A DNA stretch of 32,525 nucleotides from Acidimicrobiia bacterium (GCA_010030605.1 RHCK01000001.1:1-32525); one strand, 5' to 3'; positions 8,607 through 15,619 are shown, counted from the first letter of the stretch. Notes: generated from the sequence alone by a model not told the origin. Made by a program: numbers and translations.

Positions 8607-10166
8607 TCAGTGGCGGCGCAGAATTCGCGCCGCACAGTGACGACCGCTGGCGCCCCAAATCCCCGCACCGGGGAACGTGGCCGCGCCGCACAAGAACAAT
8701 CCGGGAACGGAGGTTTCGTAACGCACCAGTTCTTGCGGCTTGCCGGACAACGCGGCCAACGGGCCGCCCGCGAAACTGGTGGCATGACCCTCGGGCATGT
8801 GGAAGTCCGACTCGTAGACGTCGGGGGTCATGGCGCGCCAGTCGGTCATGGACGCGATGGGATCGTTCGACAGCAATGACGAGTAGCGCTCGAGCCAGCG
8901 GCGAGGTTCGGGGGAGTCGCGCCACCCACCATTCAACGCATATGGGGTGAAGAGAGCCTCGAGGCTGAAGACGTGACGACCGGCGGCTGCCATCGTCGGG
9001 TCGAGCACGGTCGGGATGTTGGCGAAAAAGATGGGATTCTCGGCGACTCGTCCCGACGGAATGTCGAGGAACGCGCGGTGCATGTCGGCAACTTTGGGCA
9101 CGATCATCGTGGATGCCACCGATGGATCGAGGCCGAGCTTGGCGAACACGTCGTCGTCGACTTGTCGATAGCGAGGCACGTCGTCGATGACACCGTCGAT
9201 CTTGCTCTCATAGCCCTGTTGATGGGACTGATTCCGCCAGCGTTCGATCATCGGACCCGCAGCGGTTGGTGGATTCTCGAGCCATTCGAGCAACGTTCGA
9301 CGCGGATCGGCAGCGGACACCACGATGGGTGCATCGATCACGTCGCCGGATGCGGTTCGAACGCCGCGAACCTTGCCCTTCTCGATCATGATCGCCGTTG
9401 CCGGAGTGGAGAGGCGCAGGTTTCCTCCGAACGAGACGAACGACCGGAGTAGAGACTCGCTCAACATGCCGCTGCCGCCTCGCGGACGACCGACCGACGC
9501 AACGTGTCGGAACGCGAACGTCAGAGCTCCGAGGCCGGTTCCCGGAAGTTCGGGGGAGAGGCCCCACACGACGGGACCCGTGGCCAACGCCGGCGCGTAA
9601 ACCGACTCGTCGTCGAAGAACTGGCGCATGACGTCAGCCGCGCTCATTCGGCTCCATTGCAAGAGTCGTCGCGCCCCTCGTCCGCCTCGTGAAAGCACCG
9701 TTGAAACGAGTTTGTGGCGTTCGGGTCCGGCGGCGGCCGCATCGAGAACGAGGCGCGCCACCGGAACGGCGGCTTTCGCGTAGGCCCGGTAGGCGTCCAC
9801 CTGATGTGGATACGTCATGGCAAGACCCTCGAGCGTTTGCTCGACCGACTTCGTGATGGGCCACGCCGGTCCGCCGTCCCACGGAATATTGACTTGGTTG
9901 GGCTCGACCTCCAAATACTCGAGACCGTGTGCGGCGAGATCGAGCTCTTCCATCACCGGGGTCGTGCGAAACGTGATGTGATCGCAATTGCAGATGTTCA
10001 CCCGCGCGCCGGCGAACCCCACGGTCGATGAACAACCGCCCACGCTGTCACGGGCTTCGAGCAGCACCACCTTGCGACCGGCTCGGGCCAAATACGAGGC
10101 GGCGATCAGTCCGTTGTGACCGGCTCCGATGACGATGACATCGGCTTGGTCGACGTTGGGTCCCAC
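8607..10166 (-). CDS. FAD-dependent oxidoreductase, phytoene-desaturase (CrtI) family
   Basis: Dinucleotide-binding motif DVIVIGAGHNGLIAASYLARAGRKVVLLEARDSVGG near the N-terminus, about 520 aa. Start GTG 10166 preferred; GTG 10184 and the ORF start at 10259 are alternatives. Confidence 0.82.
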   Translation of the reverse strand: MGPNVDQADVIVIGAGHNGLIAASYLARAGRKVVLLEARDSVGGCSSTVGFAGARVNICNCDHITFRTTPVMEELDLAAHGLEYLEVEPNQVNIPWDGGPAWPITKSVEQTLEGLAMTYPHQVDAYRAYAKAAVPVARLVLDAAAAGPERHKLVSTVLSRGGRGARRLLQWSRMSAADVMRQFFDDESVYAPALATGPVVWGLSPELPGTGLGALTFAFRHVASVGRPRGGSGMLSESLLRSFVSFGGNLRLSTPATAIMIEKGKVRGVRTASGDVIDAPIVVSAADPRRTLLEWLENPPTAAGPMIERWRNQSHQQGYESKIDGVIDDVPRYRQVDDDVFAKLGLDPSVASTMIVPKVADMHRAFLDIPSGRVAENPIFFANIPTVLDPTMAAAGRHVFSLEALFTPYALNGGWRDSPEPRRWLERYSSLLSNDPIASMTDWRAMTPDVYESDFHMPEGHATSFAGGPLAALSGKPQELVRYETSVPGLFLCGAATFPGAGIWGASGRHCAARILRRH

Positions 10167-10172
10167 CCGACC

Positions 10173-10178
10173 ATCTTG
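10173..10178 (-). promoter_or_regulatory. Weak candidate -10 (CAAGAT on the minus strand), 6 nt upstream of GTG 10166
   Basis: Fits only the relaxed NANNNT pattern, and depends on the start-codon choice. Confidence 0.2.
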
Positions 10179-10188
10179 CCCCACGGGG

Positions 10189-10194
10189 TAACCT
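10189..10194 (+). promoter_or_regulatory. Candidate -10 hexamer TAACCT, 6 nt upstream of GTG 10201 (leaderless arrangement)
   Basis: Matches TANNNT. No SD before the start. Confidence 0.33.
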
Positions 10195-10200
10195 GCCGGC

Positions 10201-10977
10201 GTGTCGTCTCGCCATCTCTCACATCTTCGTGGTCCCGAAGTCGCCAAGGCACTGACCAAGGCGTCGGTCTTGGTTCAGCCGTTGGGCGCCATCGAACAGC
10301 ACGGACCACACCTTCCGTTGATCACCGATTTGGCGGTGGCCGAAGCCGTGGCCGAGGCGGCCGTTCCCGTGGCGGTCGAACGCGGCGTGGACGCGTGGTT
10401 GCTTCCGCCTCTCGCCTACACCAAGAGCAACGAGCACGCCTGGAACCCCGGAACGATCTGGATGTCCGCGCGCACCATGTTGAGCGTGATCGAGGATCTC
10501 GGTCGATGCGTGGCGGCGACGCCGGTTCGCAAATTGGTGTTCCTCAACGGTCACGGAGGGAACAGCGCGTTGGTGGCGATGGCGAATCGCGAACTTCGCC
10601 TGCAGTTCGGTCTGGAGACATTCCTCGCGCATCCGTCGATGCCCGCCGATCAGGGTGGCGGTTCGGCCCCGTCCGAACTGGGTATGGGAATTCATGGTGG
10701 GTCCGAAGAGACATCGCTGATGCTGCACCTTCGTCCCGATCTGGTGGACATGACGAAGGCCGTTCGTGCGGTTCCCGAGCATCTCGCCGAGAACAAGATG
10801 GTTCGCTTCGGTGGATCGGTGCAGTTCGGATGGTTGAGCAACGACTTCGGCGATCACGGCCACATCGGTGACCCCACCGGGGCCACCGCCGAGGCGGGAG
10901 CTCGCTTGTTCGCCGGTGCGGTCGAGTCATTCGCGTCCGCACTCGTGGAGATTTCCGCTTTCCGTCATCGGGGCTGA
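10201..10977 (+). CDS. Creatininase (creatinine amidohydrolase) family protein
   Basis: Family motif LGAIEQHGPHLPLITD near the N-terminus, followed by NGHGGN. Confidence 0.82.
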   Translation: MSSRHLSHLRGPEVAKALTKASVLVQPLGAIEQHGPHLPLITDLAVAEAVAEAAVPVAVERGVDAWLLPPLAYTKSNEHAWNPGTIWMSARTMLSVIEDLGRCVAATPVRKLVFLNGHGGNSALVAMANRELRLQFGLETFLAHPSMPADQGGGSAPSELGMGIHGGSEETSLMLHLRPDLVDMTKAVRAVPEHLAENKMVRFGGSVQFGWLSNDFGDHGHIGDPTGATAEAGARLFAGAVESFASALVEISAFRHRG

Positions 10978-10984
10978 GAAACGG

Positions 10985-11010
10985 AAAAGGGAGCCGGTTT
11001 CCCGGCTCCC
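10985..11010 (-). terminator. Rho-independent terminator hairpin GGGAGCCGG-(tttc)-CCGGCTCCC, T-tract on the minus strand (possibly bidirectional)
   Basis: Perfect 9-bp GC-rich stem 10989-10997 / 11002-11010. The minus-strand reading is followed by TTTTCCGTTTCT. Sits between the convergent creatininase and SBP genes. Confidence 0.75.
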
Positions 11011-11020
11011 TTCACCTCAT

Positions 11021-11066
11021 CGTTTCGGTTGTCGGTCAGAGACCGTTTCGCTTGTCGGTCAGAGAC
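11021..11066. repeat. 23-bp tandem duplication (CGTTTCG[G/C]TTGTCGGTCAGAGAC x2) spanning the SBP stop codon
   Basis: 11021-11043 and 11044-11066 differ at one position. The second copy holds the last codons and TGA of the minus-strand SBP gene. Each copy contains the small inverted repeat GGTC-aga-GACC. Confidence 0.9.
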
Positions 11067-12192
11067 CGATGTTCGAATCGATGAATTCGTTGGTGTAGAT
11101 GTCCTCGGCCTTCAGCTCCGCGGGCACGTCGAGGCCGGCGTCCTTCATCTGCTGGAGCACCTTGTTGGCACGGTCCATGTCGAAGTTGCCCAAGGTCTTG
11201 TCCGGACCGTTTCCGATCAGGCCCAATTCCTTCTGCGTCTTCTGCGAGAACGCGGCCACACCCTCGCCGTACACCCAGAAGTCGGCGTACTTGGCAACAG
11301 CGTCGATGATGATCGCATTGGCGCGAGCGCCATCCTTCGAGTAGTCGATGGCGGCCTGCTGAACGATCGGCACGAACTTCTTCAGACAGGGAGCGAGAGC
11401 TTCCTTGTCCTCGGCGCGAATCGCCAACGGGGCGGCGTAGATCTCGAAGCCGGCGTCATGGATGAGCTGGTAAGCGACATCCTTGCCCCAATCCTTGAAC
11501 TCGTTCTTGTACTGGTACGGCTCGGCCGAGGCGAATCCCTGCTGAGCGACCTTGCCGCCCTCGGAGATGAATCGGGCTGGTGAACCGTCGTACGACGCGT
11601 CGATCTGGTCCTTGGTGATGACGCCCTCAGCGACGAAAACGTCGAGGAACGAACCACCGGCGAACACGTTCAACGTGACTCCGGCCTTACCGAGATCTGC
11701 GATGGTCTTCACGTCCGGGTAGGTCTCGGGGTCCCACATCATGATCTGCGGGTTGATCTCGAGCGGAGCAACGACGGCGAGAGTCTTGATCGTGTCGTAG
11801 TTGAACGCCGCGTCATCGGTGCTGATGTATCCGAGCGTGATGCTGGTGTCGGTCGCCATCGTGGTGGACACGGGCGAGTAGCCGATCGCCGGACCACCGG
11901 TGCGGATCTCGAGATCGACGCCGGTGTCCTTGCCGTCGGTGTCGATGAGGCTTCCCGACACGATCTTCTTCTCGATGTCGACCGTGTAGTCGGCTCCCAT
12001 CATCTGGTACAGCGAGCCGTGCTCGGCCTCGGGGAACCAGTCGGTCTGGACGACGATCGTCGCCGGGCAATCAGCCGACAGCGAACCTTCCCCACCACTG
12101 GCGCCCGAGCTGCCACCATCATCTCCACCACACGCGGCGAGCGCGGTTGCGGCGACGATGGGCAGAACGAGTAGTCCTCGTGCTTTCCTCAT
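11059..12192 (-). CDS. ABC transporter substrate-binding lipoprotein, NMT1/THI5-like (nitrate/sulfonate/bicarbonate-type family)
   Basis: Lipoprotein signal MRKARGLLVLPIVAATALAAC-GGDDGGSSG. GGAGG lies 7 nt before ATG 12192. The family call comes from overall resemblance plus the partner TauB/SsuB-like ATPase and TauC/SsuC-like permease genes. Confidence 0.8.
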   Translation of the reverse strand: MRKARGLLVLPIVAATALAACGGDDGGSSGASGGEGSLSADCPATIVVQTDWFPEAEHGSLYQMMGADYTVDIEKKIVSGSLIDTDGKDTGVDLEIRTGGPAIGYSPVSTTMATDTSITLGYISTDDAAFNYDTIKTLAVVAPLEINPQIMMWDPETYPDVKTIADLGKAGVTLNVFAGGSFLDVFVAEGVITKDQIDASYDGSPARFISEGGKVAQQGFASAEPYQYKNEFKDWGKDVAYQLIHDAGFEIYAAPLAIRAEDKEALAPCLKKFVPIVQQAAIDYSKDGARANAIIIDAVAKYADFWVYGEGVAAFSQKTQKELGLIGNGPDKTLGNFDMDRANKVLQQMKDAGLDVPAELKAEDIYTNEFIDSNIGL

Positions 12193-12393
12193 TTACATTC
12201 CTCCCCTTCAAGTACCCGCGATTGCGGGATGACCCGAAAATAGCCGCTTGCGGACCATGGGTTGGACGAGATCCGTCATACGCACCGAAGTTTTACGAAA
12301 AGGAAATATCGCTGGGGATGGTTCGGGGATCGGTGCGACGAGTCGGTCAGTGGGGCGGAGCGGCGGTTCGGAGCCTGCCGAGGTTGGTCGGTT

Positions 12394-13185
12394 ATGCTCG
12401 GCGAGACGTCCGCGACGGATGTTTCCAACAGGGGTTCTCGGGGGGCCGACGACGTGGCGACATTGACCTTCTCCAACATTTCGATGAGGTTCCCTGATGG
12501 AACCGAAGCGTTGTCGGACGTGTCGTTCGACGTGTCGCAGGGCGAATTCGTGACGATCGTCGGCCCGTCGGGCTGCGGAAAGTCGACCCTGCTCAAGATC
12601 GCGGCCGGCCTGTTGGACGCGACGTCGGGAACCGTCGATGTCGATCGCAGCGGAATCGGCTACGTGTTCCAGGACGCGACGCTCATGCCGTGGCGGACCG
12701 TTCGCCGGAACGTGGAACTTCTGGCCGAGTTGCACGGGGTCGACAAGGCCGAACGTGAGAAGTTGGCGAGTGAGGCGATCCAACTGGTGGGCCTCAACGG
12801 CTTCGAGAATCACTACCCGAAATCGCTGTCGGGAGGAATGAAGATGCGAGCCTCGCTGGCGCGCACGCTGACGATGAAGCCGCCGGTGTTTCTGTTCGAC
12901 GAGCCGTTCGGTGCGGTGGACGAGATCACCCGCGAGCGGTTGAACGAGGAAACGCTGAGGCTGTTCGAGGCCGAGCGTTTCGCGGGTCTTTTCATCACGC
13001 ACTCGATCAGCGAGGCAGTGTTCTTGTCGACGAAGGTGTATGTGATGTCGGCGCGACCGGGGCGCTTGGTGGCGTCGTTCGATGTGCCGTTCGCGTATCC
13101 GAGGAGCCCGGAGATTCGATTCGATCCGCGATTCGCGGAAATTGCCGGCGAAGTCAGCCACGCCCTGAGGGGAGCCCACTCATGA
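12394..13185 (+). CDS. ABC transporter ATP-binding protein (TauB/SsuB/NrtD-like)
   Basis: Walker A GPSGCGKSTLLK, signature LSGGMKMR, Walker B VFLFDEPFGAVD. ATG 12394 chosen inside ORF 12262..13185. Confidence 0.88.
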   Translation: MLGETSATDVSNRGSRGADDVATLTFSNISMRFPDGTEALSDVSFDVSQGEFVTIVGPSGCGKSTLLKIAAGLLDATSGTVDVDRSGIGYVFQDATLMPWRTVRRNVELLAELHGVDKAEREKLASEAIQLVGLNGFENHYPKSLSGGMKMRASLARTLTMKPPVFLFDEPFGAVDEITRERLNEETLRLFEAERFAGLFITHSISEAVFLSTKVYVMSARPGRLVASFDVPFAYPRSPEIRFDPRFAEIAGEVSHALRGAHS

Positions 13186-13277
13186 TTGTCCTAAATGCGA
13201 CAATTTGTCGCTTTTTGTACGTGCCAGAGGTATGTAAAGCGACAATTTGTCGCAATTTGGTCAGGGGGGCGGCATGA
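13182..13277 (+). CDS. Candidate 31-codon micro-ORF (MIVLNATICRFLYVPEVCKATICRNLVRGAA) bridging the ATPase and permease genes
   Basis: ATG 13182 overlaps the ATPase TGA (ATGA) and TGA 13275-13277 overlaps the permease ATG (ATGA). Below the ORF-track size cutoff. Third-position GC is only about 14/30, so real coding status is doubtful. Confidence 0.25.
   Translation: MIVLNATICRFLYVPEVCKATICRNLVRGAA
13197..13211. repeat. 15-bp palindrome GCGACAATTTGTCGC, copy 1, followed by TTTTT
   Basis: 6-bp arms GCGACA/TGTCGC with a 3-nt spacer. Identical to copy 2. Confidence 0.9.
13239..13253. repeat. 15-bp palindrome GCGACAATTTGTCGC, copy 2
   Basis: Identical to copy 1, 42 bp centre to centre. On the minus strand it is followed by TTTACAT. 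Confidence 0.9.
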
Positions 13278-14152
13278 GTTCGGTTGATTCGTCCGCAGTT
13301 GATACTGCCGCGGTTGCTTCGTCCGCGGTTGCTTCCTCTGGCAACGTTTCCACCAAGAAACGGTCCCGGTTCGACCTCCGGATCGTCCTTCCACCCGTTC
13401 TCACGGGCGGTCTGATTCTGGGCATCTGGTACTTCGTCAGTTACGTCATCTTGGACCCCAAGCGACGGTTCCTTCTGAAGCCGCCGCACGAGGTGTGGAG
13501 CGTCGGTTTCGCGAACGGCGACAACTTCTCGGAAATGATGGAAGGGCTCCTCGCCACGTCCAAGACCGCGTTCTGGGGTCTCCTGTCCGCCATCCTGCTC
13601 GGCTTCCTTCTCGCCGTCATCATGAGTCAGGCTAAGTTCGTCGAGCGAGCAATCTTCCCGTACGCCGTCGTCTTGCAAGCCATCCCGATCCTGGCCATCG
13701 TTCCGCTCATCGGCTTCTGGTTCGGCTACGGCTTCATGCCGCGCGTCTTCATCTGCGTGATCATCGCTCTCTTCCCGATCATCGTGAACACGCTGTTCGG
13801 CCTTCTGTCGGCCGACCAGGGCTTGCACGACTTGCTCACGTTGCACAACACGGGACGAGTCACCCGGCTCCGCAAGTTGATGTTCCCGGCCGCACTTCCG
13901 GCCGTGTTCGCCGGTCTGCGCATTTCGGCCGGTTTGTCGGTGATTGGCGCGATCGTCGGCGACTTCTACTTCGGCCAAGGCGAAGTTGGCATCGGCCAGT
14001 TGCTGAAGCGCTACGCCGCCCGACTCGAAGGCGAGCAACTGCTGGCCGCTGTGATCGTCTCCAGTGGTCTCGGCGTTCTGGTGTTCACCCTCTTCGGTTG
14101 GATCGCGAATCGAGTGGTCGGCAAGTGGGCCGCGGATTCGCGCGGCAACTGA
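13274..14152 (+). CDS. ABC transporter permease (TauC/SsuC-like)
   Basis: Multi-TM translation. ATG 13274 follows GGGGGG (SD). TTG 13247 is the ORF-track alternative. Confidence 0.88.
   Translation: MSSVDSSAVDTAAVASSAVASSGNVSTKKRSRFDLRIVLPPVLTGGLILGIWYFVSYVILDPKRRFLLKPPHEVWSVGFANGDNFSEMMEGLLATSKTAFWGLLSAILLGFLLAVIMSQAKFVERAIFPYAVVLQAIPILAIVPLIGFWFGYGFMPRVFICVIIALFPIIVNTLFGLLSADQGLHDLLTLHNTGRVTRLRKLMFPAALPAVFAGLRISAGLSVIGAIVGDFYFGQGEVGIGQLLKRYAARLEGEQLLAAVIVSSGLGVLVFTLFGWIANRVVGKWAADSRGN
13286..13345 (+). repeat. Degenerate 15-bp in-frame tandem repeat (4 units) encoding DSSAV/DTAAV/ASSAV/ASSGN in the permease N-terminal tail
   Basis: Units 13286-13300, 13301-13315, 13316-13330 and 13331-13345 read directly. 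The two central units share GC(C/T)...CCGCGGTT. Confidence 0.7.
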
Positions 14153-14209
14153 TCGACGTTTCGCTCCACCTGCCGGAGATCGGCACGACCTCTCAGCCAG
14201 CGCGATCTT

Positions 14210-15265
14210 TCAGGATGACGCGGTCTTGCCGACGTAGCCGGGGGTCAGCGCGTACGAACGATCCGTCTGCTGACGCTTGATCGCCGGAAGTATCACCTTG
14301 TACGCCGCCCACATGTTGGGGAACGGAGTGGGCAAATCGTCGCCGATGAGGCGATGCAGTTTCGGCAAAGCGTGATACGGAACCGATGGGTACATGTGGT
14401 GCTCGAGGTGATAGTTCATGTTCAGGTAGAGGAAACGCCATACCCGGTTCATGTACACGGTGCGCGTGTTCATTCGATGATCGAGAACGTCCTCGTGTAG
14501 TCCGGCGTGCTGAGTGGTTCCGAAAACCACCAACAGCCAGCGTCCGTAGAGCGAAGGAAGGCCCACGAGCACGAGTGGTAGCAACGAACCACTCACCACG
14601 GCCACGGCGATGACCGCAGCCCAGATCGCCAGATGAACCCGGCCCCACAGAATGGCTCGTGAAGCTTCGCGCGGCGGAACGAAGTTGGCCTCCTCGGGGT
14701 GCAGTCGGCCCATCAGATTGTGCGCGTACTTGCCGAACTCCTTCATCGCGCTCAGGACGCCGAACATCTCGAGTCCGATTTTCCAGAACGGCGTCGGCCG
14801 GGGGTAAGCGATCTCGGCATCACGACCGACGATGATCGTGTCGGCATGATGGCGGTTGTGGCTCCAACGCCACGACACGGGTTCTCGCATGTCCATGAAC
14901 GACGCCAGGTGGTACACCACGAGATTCGCCGCTTTGGATTTGAATGCCGTTCGATGACCGCACTCGTGCCAGCGCGCATCAGACGCCGAGCCGTAGAGAG
15001 TCCCGTACACGAACATTGCCGGCAGTGTCCACCACGAGAGCCACGTGAGCACCAGCCACGCGCCGCTCGCCACCAGCAGAACGAGCCACAGGATGGTGTC
15101 CAACGTTGCCCGTTGGTTGCTGCGTTGCATGAGCGCCAACAGTTCGTCTCGGTCCACGGGGCTGCGATACCAGTCGGCCCCCGCCAAGCCGGATTGCTCG
15201 GCTGCCGGCCCCTCGGGTCCCGTGAGGCGATAGTCGCGTGTCGCGTTCGTGTTCGAAGTCATCAT
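14210..15265 (-). CDS. Membrane fatty-acid desaturase family protein
   Basis: Three histidine boxes (HECGH, HNRHH, HLEHH) plus TM segments. ATG-ATG at 15265/15262 is preceded by GGGGGAA (SD). The longer ORF to 15484 is rejected. Confidence 0.88.
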   Translation of the reverse strand: MMTSNTNATRDYRLTGPEGPAAEQSGLAGADWYRSPVDRDELLALMQRSNQRATLDTILWLVLLVASGAWLVLTWLSWWTLPAMFVYGTLYGSASDARWHECGHRTAFKSKAANLVVYHLASFMDMREPVSWRWSHNRHHADTIIVGRDAEIAYPRPTPFWKIGLEMFGVLSAMKEFGKYAHNLMGRLHPEEANFVPPREASRAILWGRVHLAIWAAVIAVAVVSGSLLPLVLVGLPSLYGRWLLVVFGTTQHAGLHEDVLDHRMNTRTVYMNRVWRFLYLNMNYHLEHHMYPSVPYHALPKLHRLIGDDLPTPFPNMWAAYKVILPAIKRQQTDRSYALTPGYVGKTASS

Positions 15266-15315
15266 TCCCCCGCACGCGAGCATAGGGTTCGCTTCATCGG
15301 GTGCGCACGTATCGG

Positions 15316-15321
15316 TAGAGT
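15316..15321 (+). promoter_or_regulatory. Candidate -10 hexamer TAGAGT, 7 nt upstream of GTG 15329 (leaderless arrangement)
   Basis: Matches TANNNT. Confidence 0.35.
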
Positions 15322-15328
15322 CCCGGAC

Positions 15329-15619
15329 GTGGTTGTGGAATGGCTCACCTTCAAGGTGACTCCCGAGGAGCGGTCCGTGTGGATGGCTCGCGAGGAGGAA
15401 GTCTGGAGCCGATTCCTGGAGGGTTGCGACGGTTTCATTCGCAAGCAAATGTGGATCGAAGAGCGCGAGCCGAACGAGATTCACGCGGTGATCTGGTGGG
15501 AGAGTCGCGAACTTTGGAAGCGGATCACGCCCGAACAGGTCGACGAAGTCGATCGTCGCATGGGAGACCTGTGGCGCGACTGCACGATGTTGGTGTACGA
15601 CGTCGCGCGCGACTGTTGA
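15329..15619 (+). CDS. Small TIGR03792-like / ABM (Dabb)-fold-like protein, function unknown
   Basis: Only the C-terminal ~96 aa of ORF 14699..15619 look real (VVVEWLTFKVTPEERSVWMAREEEVWSRFL...IWWESRELWKRI); the rest is antisense to the desaturase. Family assignment is from memory of the family pattern. GTG 15335 is an alternative start. Confidence 0.6.
   Translation: MVVEWLTFKVTPEERSVWMAREEEVWSRFLEGCDGFIRKQMWIEEREPNEIHAVIWWESRELWKRITPEQVDEVDRRMGDLWRDCTMLVYDVARDC

Noticed and set aside
8609-8615. GCCACTG (B12-box-like heptamer) on the minus strand
   Set aside because: It lies inside the 3' end of the CrtI-family coding sequence, with none of the surrounding cobalamin-riboswitch structure.
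10201-10977. Creatininase-family gene as MftE of a mycofactocin cluster
   Set aside because: No mftA-like peptide, mftB, radical-SAM mftC or mftD/F genes are adjacent. The only radical-SAM gene in the window (DUF512) is 15 kb away and of a different type.
12193-12393. TPP or guanidine (ykkC, mini-ykkC, ykkC-III) riboswitch upstream of the NMT1-type transporter genes
   Set aside because: I searched both strands by eye for the CUGAGA / ACCUGAUCUGG cores and for the GGGUUCCG, GGUCCGAGAG and ACGR-loop signatures. Only a weak GGTCCGCAAG resemblance turned up, so I make no riboswitch call.
12208-13179. 323-aa minus-strand ORF
   Set aside because: It is antisense to the ABC ATPase gene, which has clear Walker A, signature and Walker B motifs. 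Only its last 23 codons lie in intergenic DNA, and those are discussed separately as a possible uORF.
13186-13273. Calling the AT-rich palindromic insert a MITE or IS remnant
   Set aside because: I found no target-site duplication, no transposase and no second copy in this window. It remains one hypothesis within the corresponding finding rather than an annotated mobile element.
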